Part shown: positions 41,359-52,921 of the stretch, piece by piece
Position numbering within the stretch: the first letter of the stretch is position 1
Layout: each line of letters starts with the position of its first letter
Assembly (NCBI RefSeq): GCF_000189555.1
Contig: NC_017276.1
Origin: Saccharolobus islandicus REY15A
GTDB lineage: Archaea > Thermoproteota > Thermoprotei_A > Sulfolobales > Sulfolobaceae
Length of the DNA stretch: 64,000 nt
Direction: 5' to 3' (one strand)
Made by a program: the position numbers and the translations under genes
The notes under the pieces: generated by a model
What the model was told of the DNA's origin: nothing
What the model saw: only the letters and a program-made list of their open reading frames with translations
Database searches by the model: none

Positions 41359-43485
41359 ATGACTTGGAATAGTATAATCAAAAGAAGTAGGCTGATAATA
41401 ATAATCTGGATAGTAGTCCTTTTCTTGATGGTAATCCCAGCATTAAATTATAATAAATTTATAACTTATAATCAGCATAATCCAGCTCTCCAAAACAGTG
41501 AAAGCTATATTGCAGATAAAATATTATCACCTATAAATAACGACACTTTAATTTTGATAATTAAACAAAATCCTTATAATACATCTGCTAGCAATGTTTT
41601 ACAGTTTCAACGAGAAATTGAAAAACTACCTTATGTATCGAAAGTCGAATCTCCTTTTTCGGATTATATAAATTTTCTATCGGATATATTCCATAATAAT
41701 TCCCTAGCGTCTCAATACGTTGAAAAGAATGGTTTAAAAAGCATTCCAGCTTTCATTAAAGATAAATATATAAGTAATGATAATTCTACTTTTCTCATAT
41801 TTATTGTATTTAACACATCCAGTAATTATTACCTACCTAATGGAGAAATAGCCTCTCAACACGATTATCCACAAATAGAGAAAATAGCCTCTAACTACTT
41901 TAATTCTTTTTATATAACTGGAAATGGTGCAGTATTATATGATACTCAACGTTTAACATCACAAAGCGGATTCGCCTTTGGTTTGATTTTTATAGTGTTA
42001 GCAATAGCTGTGGGAATAACCTTGTATAGTTACAAGGCTTCGTTATTAACAATACTTTTCGTCTCTATATCTACATTAATAGGATATTTGGGAATAGTAA
42101 TAGCAGGGCTATTAATAGGTTCCGTAGATTATATAGTGAATTATACTCTAACTGCTGTATTGACAGGGATTACGACGGATTATTTAGTATTTATACTAAG
42201 TATGTATAAGAGTGAGCTTTCAGCAGGCAAATCGAATAAAGCATCTAGTTTAGAAACTGCTAATAGAGCTGTAAAAACGGTATTAATTAGCGGATTCACT
42301 GTAGGATTTAGTTTGTTAACATTCTCATTAATTCCAGGTTTCTTATCTTGGGGGATAGTACTAGTAATTTCAGTCTTAATTACTGTAATATTTATAGTAA
42401 CATTTCTTCCTTCATTAATCTCTTTATTAGGAAAGAAAATTTTGGGTAATGTGAAAACTAAGGAAAATAAACCAATTGAGAGATCTTTTTTCTATAAGAC
42501 GGCTAAATCTTCAGTTGAACATAAGTTTCTAGTTATAGGAATTATTCTAATCCTTGCTATTCCCTCTATCTTGTTTTTCATAAATCTACCTACTACATAT
42601 AACATTCAAGCTGGTTTATCCAATAGGCTACTGAGTATTCAAGGGTTAAATTATCTTGAGAACAAATTCGGTTCTAATTTCATTTTTCCAATATTTATAA
42701 TTACCAATAATACTAGCGAGCTGAAGAACATATCTAACTACCTTCTAACCATTAAGGGAATAACTGATGGATTCGGTCCATTCTTACAAGGGAACTCGAT
42801 TGTGAATAATAATATTTCTGATTTTAGAATTGGTAGTTATTATTATTATGTACTTTATTCGAATTACTCTCCTTACTCCGATAACGCTATAAATCTAGTT
42901 AGGCATTTGAGGGAGAATGGTGATATAATAGTAGGAGGGTTAACATCCAGTATAATAGATCAGCAGAGAATAAATGGAGTTTATTATCCTCTTCTAGAAA
43001 TTCTTATAACCATTGTTGCAGCTTTAGTTATAGGAATATCGTTTAAATCTATAAAATATGCATTAATTTCAATTTCTGGCGTTATAATAGGCATTAGCTG
43101 GTCTACCGTATTGCTTTATCTTATTTCCACAATACTACTACATCAACAGTTAATATATTTAATTCCTGTCATATTATTTGTTATATTAATGTCACTAGGA
43201 AGCGATTACAGTATATTCATTATTTCTGCTGTCGAAGATGAATCTTCTACTAGGGATGTTAGAGAGGCAATTCCTAAGGCTTTTTCTAAGACCGGTAAAA
43301 TAGTGACTTCGTTAGGAATAATTTTAGCAATATCTCTAGGAGTTTTAGCATTAATACCAGTAGGTTTTTTGGAGCAACTAGGAATAGCTTTTATAATAGC
43401 TATAGTACTAGATACATCAGTAATTAGAAATTTCTATTTTCCTGCTATGATAGCGATATTGAAAAATCTTAAAAAGATTCAATAA
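41359..43485 (+). CDS. MMPL/RND-family transporter
   Basis: GITTDY and SLGSDY repeats; two TM bundles. Confidence 0.88.
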   Translation: MTWNSIIKRSRLIIIIWIVVLFLMVIPALNYNKFITYNQHNPALQNSESYIADKILSPINNDTLILIIKQNPYNTSASNVLQFQREIEKLPYVSKVESPFSDYINFLSDIFHNNSLASQYVEKNGLKSIPAFIKDKYISNDNSTFLIFIVFNTSSNYYLPNGEIASQHDYPQIEKIASNYFNSFYITGNGAVLYDTQRLTSQSGFAFGLIFIVLAIAVGITLYSYKASLLTILFVSISTLIGYLGIVIAGLLIGSVDYIVNYTLTAVLTGITTDYLVFILSMYKSELSAGKSNKASSLETANRAVKTVLISGFTVGFSLLTFSLIPGFLSWGIVLVISVLITVIFIVTFLPSLISLLGKKILGNVKTKENKPIERSFFYKTAKSSVEHKFLVIGIILILAIPSILFFINLPTTYNIQAGLSNRLLSIQGLNYLENKFGSNFIFPIFIITNNTSELKNISNYLLTIKGITDGFGPFLQGNSIVNNNISDFRIGSYYYYVLYSNYSPYSDNAINLVRHLRENGDIIVGGLTSSIIDQQRINGVYYPLLEILITIVAALVIGISFKSIKYALISISGVIIGISWSTVLLYLISTILLHQQLIYLIPVILFVILMSLGSDYSIFIISAVEDESSTRDVREAIPKAFSKTGKIVTSLGIILAISLGVLALIPVGFLEQLGIAFIIAIVLDTSVIRNFYFPAMIAILKNLKKIQ

Positions 43486-43689
43486 TTATAAGTTTTAGGC
43501 TTTACCTCTATTTTTCAATAATATTGCAATAAATTTAAAAAGATTAGTATTTCTTTAACTATTAAGACATGTTCGTAAGCTTAGAGGAGCTGGGAGTTCC
43601 CATGCAATGATCTTATTCAATATTGAGAAGTAAAATTATATCAGTATGTCTCTAATATACTGTACTCTCTTCAAGTAAGCCTCCTTCAA

Positions 43690-44137
43690 GGGAGAAGACT
43701 ACCTTGAACAAGGTACATGACGTTCAACAAGACTATAATCAACAATCCTCTCACCCTATTGACCTTAGTGTCCCTAGCTAATATAGCAAAGTGGGACCTA
43801 CAATAAGAATTATAACTCTCGATAGCGTATTTCTTACTCGCAACACGATTATCAAGAACTTGATAAACAGAGTAATCATCAGTGTAATTAACCTCACTCT
43901 TAGGGAGAGAATTCCGGAGGAAGCGGAAAGTCTATCAATTCTTCAAAATCAATTAAGGAATTTTACTGCAAAATTTATTGCTCTTGGCGAGAGTTAGACT
44001 TACGTTAGGCACTGTCCTAAGAGGGAAAACTTTTGGATGTGGAACGCCTTAACTGATGGTACGCCTTTCTTCACTACTGGTAAAGTGGATTACTAATATT
44101 ACAAATTTATTTTTAAGAAGTAATTTTTGGGTCTACC
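43690..44137 (+). mobile_element. Degenerate ISH3-family remnant with right TIR
   Basis: IRIITLDS resembles IRLITLDA; end TTATTTTTAAGAAGTAATTTTTGGGTCTACC resembles the copy-1 right end. Confidence 0.7.
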
Positions 44138-44157
44138 ATGAGGGTGAGGTAATTCAC
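44138..44157 (+). mobile_element. IS200/IS605 right-end stub
   Basis: ATGAGGGTGAGGTAATTCAC aligns with SMN1 end GTAAGGGCGGGGTAGTTCAC. Confidence 0.6.
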
Positions 44158-44207
44158 ATTCCTAAAGTACTATACGCTTATAAGTTGTATAAGAATAAAT
44201 ATAGACT

Positions 44208-45848
44208 ATGAGTAAGGGTAATAGTCCTTTCTCATATATATCTAGTGCGTATGGCAAAAATCATTTTAATATTGATAAACCATTACAAAAGATTTTGGAA
44301 TATTTTGATGTGAAAGCAGACTTCTCAAAATTAGGTGAGTTTGCAGGGGGAGAATTATATGAAATTGCGGAACATGTAGATAAGAGAGCTAGACCCATAC
44401 ACGTAATGTGGAGCGTAAATGGGGAGAGAGTAGATGAAGTATGGATTGATCCTTCTCTAAGGGCAGCTATTAAAAGGCTAATCAAAGATTTCGATATTAA
44501 TAAATTTCCATATAAAGAGGAAAATTGGCATAAGCACTACGCTTCAATATATCTAGTTTCTGATCCAGGTATAGCATGCATACTTACAATTACCAATCAG
44601 ACCGCATACGCTCTCTATAAATACGGTAGCGAGGAACTAAAGAAATACGTTCCCTATCTAATAGGAGATTCAGATGAGTTGCTTTTCGGAGCTACGTGGT
44701 TCACTGAGATTCAAGGTGGAAGTGACTTAGGATCTAATTTAGTGGAGGCTGAATTTAACGGTAAGTATTGGCTATTAAAAGGAAATACTAAATATTTCGC
44801 TAGCGGTGTCGGGTTGGCTGATTTAGCGTTAGTAAGTGCTAGACCTATGGGAAGTAAGAGTGGGGCTAAAGGCCTTTCCCTATTCCTAGTTCCTAAAAAG
44901 AACAATAAAGGTGAAAAGAATTTTTTTATAAGAAGACTTAAGAGGAAAAGTGGAACAAATAGTGTGCCAACTGGAGAGGTGGAGTTTAACAGTTCAGAGG
45001 CTTATCTTATAGGAGAAAAGGAATATGGGATATATTACATAACTGAGGATCTTATGGTATCAAGATTATCCAATGCTGTAGGGGCTTTAGGTATAGCGAG
45101 GAAGTCTTTTCTCGAATCCTATTATTATTCGCAATCCAGAAAAGCTTTTGGTAAGGCATTAATTGAACATCCCCTAATTCAGAAAGATTTACTTGAAATG
45201 GAGCTCATGATTGAAGGAGGTATGGTAGTAACTTTTAAGGCAATAGATCAGTTCCAAAAATCTTGGAAAGCTATGCCACCTTTCTACAATGAGCAGTACC
45301 ATTATGCGCGTCTATTGACTCATATTTCTAAGCATATTACAGCTGAAATAGCATCTCAAGTATCAAGAATGGCAATGGAGATTCATGGAGGAATTGGATT
45401 TCTCGAAGAGTTTCCTATAGAAAGACTTCACAGAGAAGCGCTTATAACTCCAATTTGGGAAGGGACTGGAAACATTCAGGCTTTAGAGATGCTCGAAGCC
45501 ATGGTGAAGAAGGAAGCACATAGACAATTAATAAGGGACTTGGAAGGGATTGTAAATGAAGCAAAGGATGAGATAGCTTCCAAAACGCTTGATTTCATCA
45601 AAGATAAGACCACCACGCTCCTAACTTACAGAGAATATGAGATGCAGTTTTACTCAAAAGATTTACTATTAACTTTAGGGCACGGTATTTCCGTGATATT
45701 ACTATCCCATATGGGCCGTAAGTTGGGTATTGAGCGATTCACAATGTTGTCGAAGATCTACTATGAGAGATTTCTAATGGGTAGAAGCATTATACGAGAT
45801 TATATATCTGAGATACGTGAGCTCATAAATATAGAAGAGATGAAATAG
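44208..45848 (+). CDS. Acyl-CoA dehydrogenase (AidB-like)
   Basis: TWFTEIQGGSDLG, KYFAS, SGTNSVPTGEV, IWEGTGNI. Confidence 0.92.
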   Translation: MSKGNSPFSYISSAYGKNHFNIDKPLQKILEYFDVKADFSKLGEFAGGELYEIAEHVDKRARPIHVMWSVNGERVDEVWIDPSLRAAIKRLIKDFDINKFPYKEENWHKHYASIYLVSDPGIACILTITNQTAYALYKYGSEELKKYVPYLIGDSDELLFGATWFTEIQGGSDLGSNLVEAEFNGKYWLLKGNTKYFASGVGLADLALVSARPMGSKSGAKGLSLFLVPKKNNKGEKNFFIRRLKRKSGTNSVPTGEVEFNSSEAYLIGEKEYGIYYITEDLMVSRLSNAVGALGIARKSFLESYYYSQSRKAFGKALIEHPLIQKDLLEMELMIEGGMVVTFKAIDQFQKSWKAMPPFYNEQYHYARLLTHISKHITAEIASQVSRMAMEIHGGIGFLEEFPIERLHREALITPIWEGTGNIQALEMLEAMVKKEAHRQLIRDLEGIVNEAKDEIASKTLDFIKDKTTTLLTYREYEMQFYSKDLLLTLGHGISVILLSHMGRKLGIERFTMLSKIYYERFLMGRSIIRDYISEIRELINIEEMK

Positions 45849-45853
45849 AGGTT

Positions 45854-47401
45854 TTGGAAATGCAAGAGGGTTTTACCGTATTCTCGCTTCTTAAAAGGGC
45901 TGTAACTATAGCGCCAGATAAGGAAATAGTAGATCCTTTTCGCAATGTTAGACAGTCATATAAGGAGACTTATGGAAGAGTAATAGGTATATCTAACTCA
46001 ATGCTATCGATTGGAATATCTAAGGGAAGTATAATAGGGGTTGCAGATTATAACACCCTTAAATTCGTTGAGCTATTATTCGCCTCTAGTTTAATAGGTA
46101 CAATAATATATCCAGTTAATGTCAAACTACCCTATGATCAATTACTTTATACAATTAAGCACGCTAGGGTAGAATGGCTATTTGCTTCAAAAGATTTCAT
46201 ATCCTTATTTAAGGACTTCACTAAGGAGAAAATTATTAGTATAGATTCCAATGATACTAAGATAACTTACGATGATTTGGTAAGTAGAAAACTAGTTAAA
46301 GAACCCGAAATTTACGTTAAAGGAAGTGATCCATACTCTATCTTATTTACGTCAGGTACAACAGGATTACCTAAAGCGGTTATGTATACTAATGAGAAAA
46401 CGGTTCATGGAGCAATAGGTATGGTGCACCAGCTATCACTTTACAATAGCCCTTCTTCGTTGAAGAATAACGATATCATATTAGGTCTTATACCATTTTA
46501 TCATTTATGGTCATGGGGTTCACTATTTCATGCTTCTTACCTAGGCGCTAAATACGTCACAAGTGGAAAATTTGAGCCAATAAAAACATTGGAAATAATA
46601 GAAAAGGAAAAGGTAACCTGGCTTAACGCTGTCCCCACAATGATGTATATGTTACTAAGTGCAGCCAAACAAGGGCAACTAAATGGCTTAAAAACTTTGA
46701 TAGGCGGTTCTCCAATATCATCTAATCTGGCTAAGAAGTTAAAAGAAAGTGGAGTATCTTTTGCATCAATATATGGTGGAACAGATATGTTAGCAATTTC
46801 GATTACTATCATTCCCGCAAATACCAATATACAAAGCATCGAAGATTACTCGAGAGTATATACTCATCCTCTTCCTTTCGTGGAATTGAAAGTAGTTAAG
46901 CCAGACGGTAAAGAGGCTAAAGTAGGAGAGATTGGACATTTATGGGTTAAAACCCCTTGGCTACCTGGTGAATATCTTAACGATTTAGACAATACTAAAT
47001 CTTCCTACGAGGATGGTTGGTTCAAAACTGGAGATATAGCTATGATTATAGATGACTACCATACTATAAGAATCTTGGATAGGGAGAAGGACTTAATAAA
47101 GAGTGGAGGAGAGTGGATAATACCTAGTATAATTGAGTCAATAATATCTGAAGTAAATGGAGTAGATCTCGTTGCTGTAATAGGTAGAATAGATGAAAAA
47201 TGGGGAGAAAGACCTATAGCATTAGTCAAAGGTAAGGGATCAAATTTAAAAGAAAACATAATCAGCCATTTAAGAAGTGCTTCAACTCAAGGTTTGATAC
47301 CAAAATGGTGGATTCCAGATGATATAGTTATTGTAGATGATTTACCCCTAACCAGCACTGGAAAGGTTAACAAAAAAGTTTTAAAAGAGAGAACTAAATG
47401 A
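45854..47401 (+). CDS. Medium-chain acyl-CoA synthetase (AlkK-like)
   Basis: FTSGTTGLPK, YGGTD, FKTGD, KSGGEWI, TGKVNK. Confidence 0.92.
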   Translation: MEMQEGFTVFSLLKRAVTIAPDKEIVDPFRNVRQSYKETYGRVIGISNSMLSIGISKGSIIGVADYNTLKFVELLFASSLIGTIIYPVNVKLPYDQLLYTIKHARVEWLFASKDFISLFKDFTKEKIISIDSNDTKITYDDLVSRKLVKEPEIYVKGSDPYSILFTSGTTGLPKAVMYTNEKTVHGAIGMVHQLSLYNSPSSLKNNDIILGLIPFYHLWSWGSLFHASYLGAKYVTSGKFEPIKTLEIIEKEKVTWLNAVPTMMYMLLSAAKQGQLNGLKTLIGGSPISSNLAKKLKESGVSFASIYGGTDMLAISITIIPANTNIQSIEDYSRVYTHPLPFVELKVVKPDGKEAKVGEIGHLWVKTPWLPGEYLNDLDNTKSSYEDGWFKTGDIAMIIDDYHTIRILDREKDLIKSGGEWIIPSIIESIISEVNGVDLVAVIGRIDEKWGERPIALVKGKGSNLKENIISHLRSASTQGLIPKWWIPDDIVIVDDLPLTSTGKVNKKVLKERTK

Positions 47402-47588
47402 TGATAATAGGATGTAATTTCATGAAAATACTATAACTTATAAATGGTGGTGAAAAGACGATTTTTGAAAACATCTTTCAGATAGAAACATCGTACCATC
47501 TATATTAGGGCGGAGCCTATTTACATAAGAACCTTTCTATTATTATTTTTGATTTCTAGTATAATAAATTAATAAGTAAAAAGAAAAA

Positions 47589-49016
47589 TTATTTCTTCTT
47601 CCTCTGGTCAACAAACACTTGCAACTTGTAGCCTGTCCATATTGTATTTCCAGGCTTTACCCACTCTATCTCAACGTCATCTGGATTAATCCCAATCCTG
47701 CTCGCTAATATCTCTCTGGCTTGCTTATCGTAAGTAGAATTAACCTGTTCCCTCCTTGTCTCTATTCTAATCTTCAATTTATCCATACTATTATCGTAAA
47801 TAAAAATGTTAAACATTCCAGTAGTGTCTGGAATTTCATTCACAGCGTCCTCAACGTAAATTGGCAATAATAGTTTCCCTTTAACGAAGAACATCCACTC
47901 AACCCTACCTGGTATTGGCTCAGCAAATCTCATGTGAGTTATACCATACTTAGGATCCGGATCGGTCAGGAAGTCATTCTTAACGTAATCTCCTAAACTA
48001 TAGCGTATTAAAGGCATGGTAAAGTGATTTAACAAGGTCGCTATCAGTTCACCTCTTTCTCCCCCAGATACTGGTTCATCAGTCTTAGGGTCTACAATAT
48101 CAAATATCTCCATGTCCTCCCAAACTACTAATTGTCCTTCTAAGCTTGGAACTTCAATAGCCATATGTCCATCAGTGGTTCCCCAAACACTTATAGCCAA
48201 TTCAGCATTTGGATGAACCTTGAATAATTTCTTTTTAGTGTTTTCAGCAGCTGCACCACCGTGAAGTAGCAAAACCTTGAAGGGAGTTTCCCAACCCTCA
48301 ATTTTAGCCTCCTCTCCTACTAATCTATGTAGCCAAGGAGTTGTGGCAAATACGTCAACTTTCCATAGTTTGAAGATCAAGTTGTGTCTATTCTTCCATG
48401 AGAAGTAAGTCTCACCACCTCCAGCTATGACAGTTGCCCCACATCTCCACATTGCGGTCTCAACAACCGGAGGCCCCCAACTATAAAAGCCACTCATGTT
48501 TAGGTAGTTCGCGTAAACCTTAGTTGGCTTAACTTCAGCAAAAGTCCACAAGTACCTTGCCTGGGCTTCTTGGAAGTAGTCCATTTCCAAAGCCCCCCAT
48601 CCTTGGAAAGTAGGTAATCCAGTTGAGCCAGAAGTCGCTCCAACAAATCTTATGTGATTAGCCAATTCTGGATGGAAAATTGTACCAAATGGAGGATTTT
48701 GCTGTAGGTCTTTCCTAATTTCATCTTTTCTCAATATCGGTATTTTAGCGATATCCCTCCAGTCCTTTATCATGTCTGGTTCGAAGTTTTTAGACTTCCA
48801 AAACCTTCTATAGAACTCGATGTTTTCCCATGCCCACCTTATAATCCTTCTTAGTCTAAACGTCTTTAACTTATCGATTTCCTCTCTTTTCATTGTCATT
48901 ATCTTCTTATTCCATAACACTTCAGATGGATTTGGGGGATAATCAGTTCTAATAAAACCTTGTTCTCGCAATTCCCTATGAATTGCATCGTATTCGTTTT
49001 TAACTGAAGACATCAA
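47589..49016 (-). CDS. Phenylacetate-CoA ligase-like adenylate-forming enzyme
   Basis: [30 protein letters not shown]. Confidence 0.88.
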   Translation of the reverse strand: MMSSVKNEYDAIHRELREQGFIRTDYPPNPSEVLWNKKIMTMKREEIDKLKTFRLRRIIRWAWENIEFYRRFWKSKNFEPDMIKDWRDIAKIPILRKDEIRKDLQQNPPFGTIFHPELANHIRFVGATSGSTGLPTFQGWGALEMDYFQEAQARYLWTFAEVKPTKVYANYLNMSGFYSWGPPVVETAMWRCGATVIAGGGETYFSWKNRHNLIFKLWKVDVFATTPWLHRLVGEEAKIEGWETPFKVLLLHGGAAAENTKKKLFKVHPNAELAISVWGTTDGHMAIEVPSLEGQLVVWEDMEIFDIVDPKTDEPVSGGERGELIATLLNHFTMPLIRYSLGDYVKNDFLTDPDPKYGITHMRFAEPIPGRVEWMFFVKGKLLLPIYVEDAVNEIPDTTGMFNIFIYDNSMDKLKIRIETRREQVNSTYDKQAREILASRIGINPDDVEIEWVKPGNTIWTGYKLQVFVDQRKKK

Positions 49017-49189
49017 TCTTCTAATGTTTAAAGAGTTTAAAAAATTATAAATTCGTCTTCAAGGGAAACTCACTTCGAGTAGTCATAGCTACAAGTTCGA
49101 TTTTTAATTTTGTTAAAAACAGTCAAAAAAGCCCTCTATAGTTGTTTCAACCTAAATTAATTTAAAGATTGATAATAAACCTTTGATTA

Positions 49190-49732
49190 ATGGAGCCAAA
49201 AATTGTTAGGTTTAATCTTGGAAAAGAGTACATAATTTTAACTTCAGCTTTATATCCAGAAGGAATAATTAGAGTTAACCAAATTTGTAGTATTTTCGTT
49301 GATAAAAGTTATTGTAGTGGTAACCCTTGGGGAGATGTAATTAACTGGTGTCCCTCTAAATCTGCCATAATGTTCATGACTGCTGCAAAGAATTACACTT
49401 TTAAAGAAACTGATTGGGGTAAATTTTTCATCAGTGCTGGAATTGGGAGAAGCGGTGAGGATGCAGGTTGTACTATTAATATTGGGGTGTTTGTTGATAA
49501 AGGGTTAAACATTAATGGATTAGTTGACTTAATAAGAACAGTAACAGAGGCTAAGGCTGGAGCTTTAAGGGATTTGGGATATAAGTTTACGGGTACTGTA
49601 AGTGATGCAATTGCAGTTGGCTCTTTACCTGGAAACGAATATTTCATAGGCCCAGGTACTGAATTAGGCAAAAAGATAGCCTACGATATTAGAAACACTA
49701 TTGTTGAATTATTATTTAAAGGAGACGATTAG
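49190..49732 (+). CDS. cbiZ: Adenosylcobinamide amidohydrolase
   Basis: GCTINI, TVTEAKA, FTGTVSDAIAV. Confidence 0.8.
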   Translation: MEPKIVRFNLGKEYIILTSALYPEGIIRVNQICSIFVDKSYCSGNPWGDVINWCPSKSAIMFMTAAKNYTFKETDWGKFFISAGIGRSGEDAGCTINIGVFVDKGLNINGLVDLIRTVTEAKAGALRDLGYKFTGTVSDAIAVGSLPGNEYFIGPGTELGKKIAYDIRNTIVELLFKGDD

Positions 49733-49868
49733 GTTTTTATATTTCGTTGAAGAGGAATGAGTGGGCAAAACTTGAGAGGTGAAGAGTGGTCTCAGGGCTG
49801 ATTTGGTGATGGTCTATTAAAAATTCAAAATAAGTGACTTTATAAGTTACTAATTATCATTTTTACAT

Positions 49869-51176
49869 ATGGAGAAGACTATTGAGAGATTAATCGATAC
49901 GGCAAAGTGGACTTCAATACATTCGCTAATGTTTGCCTCACTTGCAATAGGTTACTTCATGTGGGGAGTAATTGCTTCTATTGCTCCCTTAATTTATCCT
50001 AATATAAATAGTGTATTATTCCTACTAACCCCAACATTTGCAACACTAGCAGGTAACTTAATACTTTCATTATTTTCAGATAAGAAATTGGGTAGGAAGA
50101 CTACCTTCTTCATTACAATGTCACTATATTCTGTTGGAACCATATTACTAGTTTTAGCGTCAGTCTTAGCTGGTTTCAGTACAGATAATCTAGCAAAATT
50201 TCCTTCATTAATTCTAATAATCTTAGGAATAGTTTTAGGAATATTTGGAGTTGAGGGTGAAGTCCCAGTAATGCTATCATATACTGCAGAGATGATGCCT
50301 CTCAAATACAGAGATATGATGTTAGTATTGGCTCCAAATTTCGACAATATTGGAGCAATGGTAGCTGCTCTAGTTGGGTATTTAACGTATAGCCTTTCAA
50401 ACTCTTTCATAATAGAACTTTTAGCCCTTTCCGTTGTCGCAATATTGGGCATTGTTACGGCAGTGATAATAAGACTATTGTTACCAGAATCTGTAAGATG
50501 GCTGGCAACTAAAGGAGATATAAATAAGGCAAAAATTGAGGCTAGCAAGGTTGTAAAAGACGGTACAACAGAAGTAAAAGAAGTTAATGTGAACAAAAAG
50601 CTAAGTTTAGGTTCTAGATACGCATTTCTAGCTATAATAGGACTTTCTCAATATTTAACCTATGGCTTAATGGCATTTGTGGTCGCAGACTATTATTTTT
50701 CCTCGTCACAAACCCCTTTCATTATCTTCATAGCAAATTTAGGGGCTTCAATTTCTGGTTTTATAGCAGCGTATATTGCGAACAAGATAAGGACCAGAAT
50801 CTTCGCGTTAATATCATATGTGGGAGGTAGTCTTAGTATGATTCCAATTCTATACCTAACCACTAACTTCAACTTCGCAATGTTTTACTCATTACTAATT
50901 GTCAATATGTTGTTTAGCGAATTTGGCTGGGCAATTAGGACGATATACGAACCTGTATTAATGCCAAAGAAGTTGAGGGCGTTCATGATAGGACTAATTA
51001 GGCTCGTTCCAATTACCGCATATGCGATCTCAACTTATGTTACTCAATCCTTTAATTTAACTAATTACATATTGTATAACACGATACTGTGGCTAATTGG
51101 AGGTATTGCTACAATAATATGGTACTTTAAAGGTATAGATACGAATTACGTATCCTTAGAGGAGGTTGAACGATAA
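49869..51176 (+). CDS. MFS transporter
   Basis: SDKKLGRK loop, LPESVRW, 12 TM. Confidence 0.9.
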   Translation: MEKTIERLIDTAKWTSIHSLMFASLAIGYFMWGVIASIAPLIYPNINSVLFLLTPTFATLAGNLILSLFSDKKLGRKTTFFITMSLYSVGTILLVLASVLAGFSTDNLAKFPSLILIILGIVLGIFGVEGEVPVMLSYTAEMMPLKYRDMMLVLAPNFDNIGAMVAALVGYLTYSLSNSFIIELLALSVVAILGIVTAVIIRLLLPESVRWLATKGDINKAKIEASKVVKDGTTEVKEVNVNKKLSLGSRYAFLAIIGLSQYLTYGLMAFVVADYYFSSSQTPFIIFIANLGASISGFIAAYIANKIRTRIFALISYVGGSLSMIPILYLTTNFNFAMFYSLLIVNMLFSEFGWAIRTIYEPVLMPKKLRAFMIGLIRLVPITAYAISTYVTQSFNLTNYILYNTILWLIGGIATIIWYFKGIDTNYVSLEEVER

Positions 51177-51654
51177 TATTTTCCCAAAGACCTAACCATA
51201 ACTAAACAAATTAATCCAATACTGAAGAAAATAAACTCAAATGTCAATATTCCGAGGTACTTCTCGAATGGTACTAGAAAGTCCACGAAACCCATTGGAA
51301 AAGCCACTAAGATCAATCTTTTTCTCCCCGTAATAACGCTTAATACTGAGAGATATCCCCATGATGAATGAATTAGAAGTGACGAGAACCTTTCAAGTAT
51401 GCTGAGCCCGATGAGTGGTAGTGCTTGTGTAACTGGATATTCGAGTTGTGAGGGAGTAGATAGTATTAACGGAAAGAAGTAATAGGCTATGTATATAAAG
51501 AGCGTGGGTATTGATATTAATACTCCGTTTTCCCACATTGCTAAAGACACTCCATAACCCCAACCATTCTTTAACTTCCCCAATAGTGCAAAGACGTAGG
51601 CTAGACCGACTTCAAATATGGAAGTTTGCAACCCATAATGTGAACTACCACGCC

Positions 51655-52860
51655 CTAACGGACGTGGCTTCCTGCTTCACAGCCGAGGCTTGCCAAAGGT
51701 AGAGGTCTCAGCTCCACAGGCACTAAGGGTCGTTCCGACCCCGATCTACTCAGAATATTAAGAGAAGCATTATAATCACGGTCTACAGTCCAACCGCAGG
51801 AAGGACAGACAAACACACGATCAGCCAAAGCCAAGTCCTTCTTAACGTAACCACACCTAGCACAAATCATTGAAGTAAAAGCAGGATTAACAAAACGAAT
51901 CTCCTTACCATACTTCCCAACTTGATACTCCATAATACTCCTAAGCTCATGAAAAGCAACATCGTGTAACCTCATCCTCAGCCTTCTGAGAGACTTACCA
52001 ACAATTTGCTTAACATGAATATCCTCCATTACGAGAACATCATAATGCCCAGCAAAATACTTCCCCAGTTTCATGTACATATCCATCCTCAGGTTCTTCA
52101 AGTGCTCATAAGCCCTTGCAAGCTTAATCTTCGCCTTAAACCAGTTGTGTGACAAGAACTTCTTCCTTGAAAGAGCTTTATGAAGTCTCTTCATCTTGTT
52201 GAGTGCCTTCTCGTAAGGCCTCATGTTTGGCACGTATTCCCCGTCAGAGGTAGTGAGAAGTTTCTCTACACCAACGTCCACAGCAACAACTTTGTTTGTC
52301 TTGGGGAGTTGAGGATACACTTGATCCACAACGAAAGTGATGTACAATCTGCCTGAAGGTGCCAGCTTGACTACTACCCTCTCCACTTTTTCCAGTTGGA
52401 AATCCCTATGAACAACGACGTTGAAGATACCTAGGTTTGAAAGCTGAAGCGTCATTACCTTCTTCTTGTTCTTCTTGCTTTTCGTCCTTATTTCTCTCAC
52501 CTTCATGACTTTCCAACCTGACTGAGGGTAGACTAGTGAGTACCACTTGTGTGCTTTCTTTTCCTTGGGGAAGTGTGCTAACCCTTCGAAGAACCTCTGT
52601 CTAGCGTCGTAGAATCTGTCTGCGATCTGTTGTAGTGTTTGGGAATATAGATGTTGATATTGTTTATCCTGTTTTCTTAGATCGAGAGCTAGTTGTCTCA
52701 ACTCCGTCTTAGTGAGTCCTTTTCCGTCTCTCTCATGAAAATAGATGTCTGCCCAACGTAGGGTGTTGTACACTTCACACGCTAACCTCAATTGGGCTTT
52801 TAACGCCCTCAATGTTTGTTCGTCAGCGTAAGCTCTAAAGCGTAACCCTACGTCAGACAT
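51655..52860 (-). CDS. tnpB: TnpB RNA-guided nuclease, intact
   Basis: AVDVG, VMEDI, CARC..CPSC zinc finger, [10 protein letters not shown]. Confidence 0.93.
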   Translation of the reverse strand: MSDVGLRFRAYADEQTLRALKAQLRLACEVYNTLRWADIYFHERDGKGLTKTELRQLALDLRKQDKQYQHLYSQTLQQIADRFYDARQRFFEGLAHFPKEKKAHKWYSLVYPQSGWKVMKVREIRTKSKKNKKKVMTLQLSNLGIFNVVVHRDFQLEKVERVVVKLAPSGRLYITFVVDQVYPQLPKTNKVVAVDVGVEKLLTTSDGEYVPNMRPYEKALNKMKRLHKALSRKKFLSHNWFKAKIKLARAYEHLKNLRMDMYMKLGKYFAGHYDVLVMEDIHVKQIVGKSLRRLRMRLHDVAFHELRSIMEYQVGKYGKEIRFVNPAFTSMICARCGYVKKDLALADRVFVCPSCGWTVDRDYNASLNILSRSGSERPLVPVELRPLPLASLGCEAGSHVR

Positions 52861-52921
52861 TAATAGAATATTTGAAAAAGAATTATTTAAATATAAGGGG
52901 GCTATCCATCCACTCCCTCAC

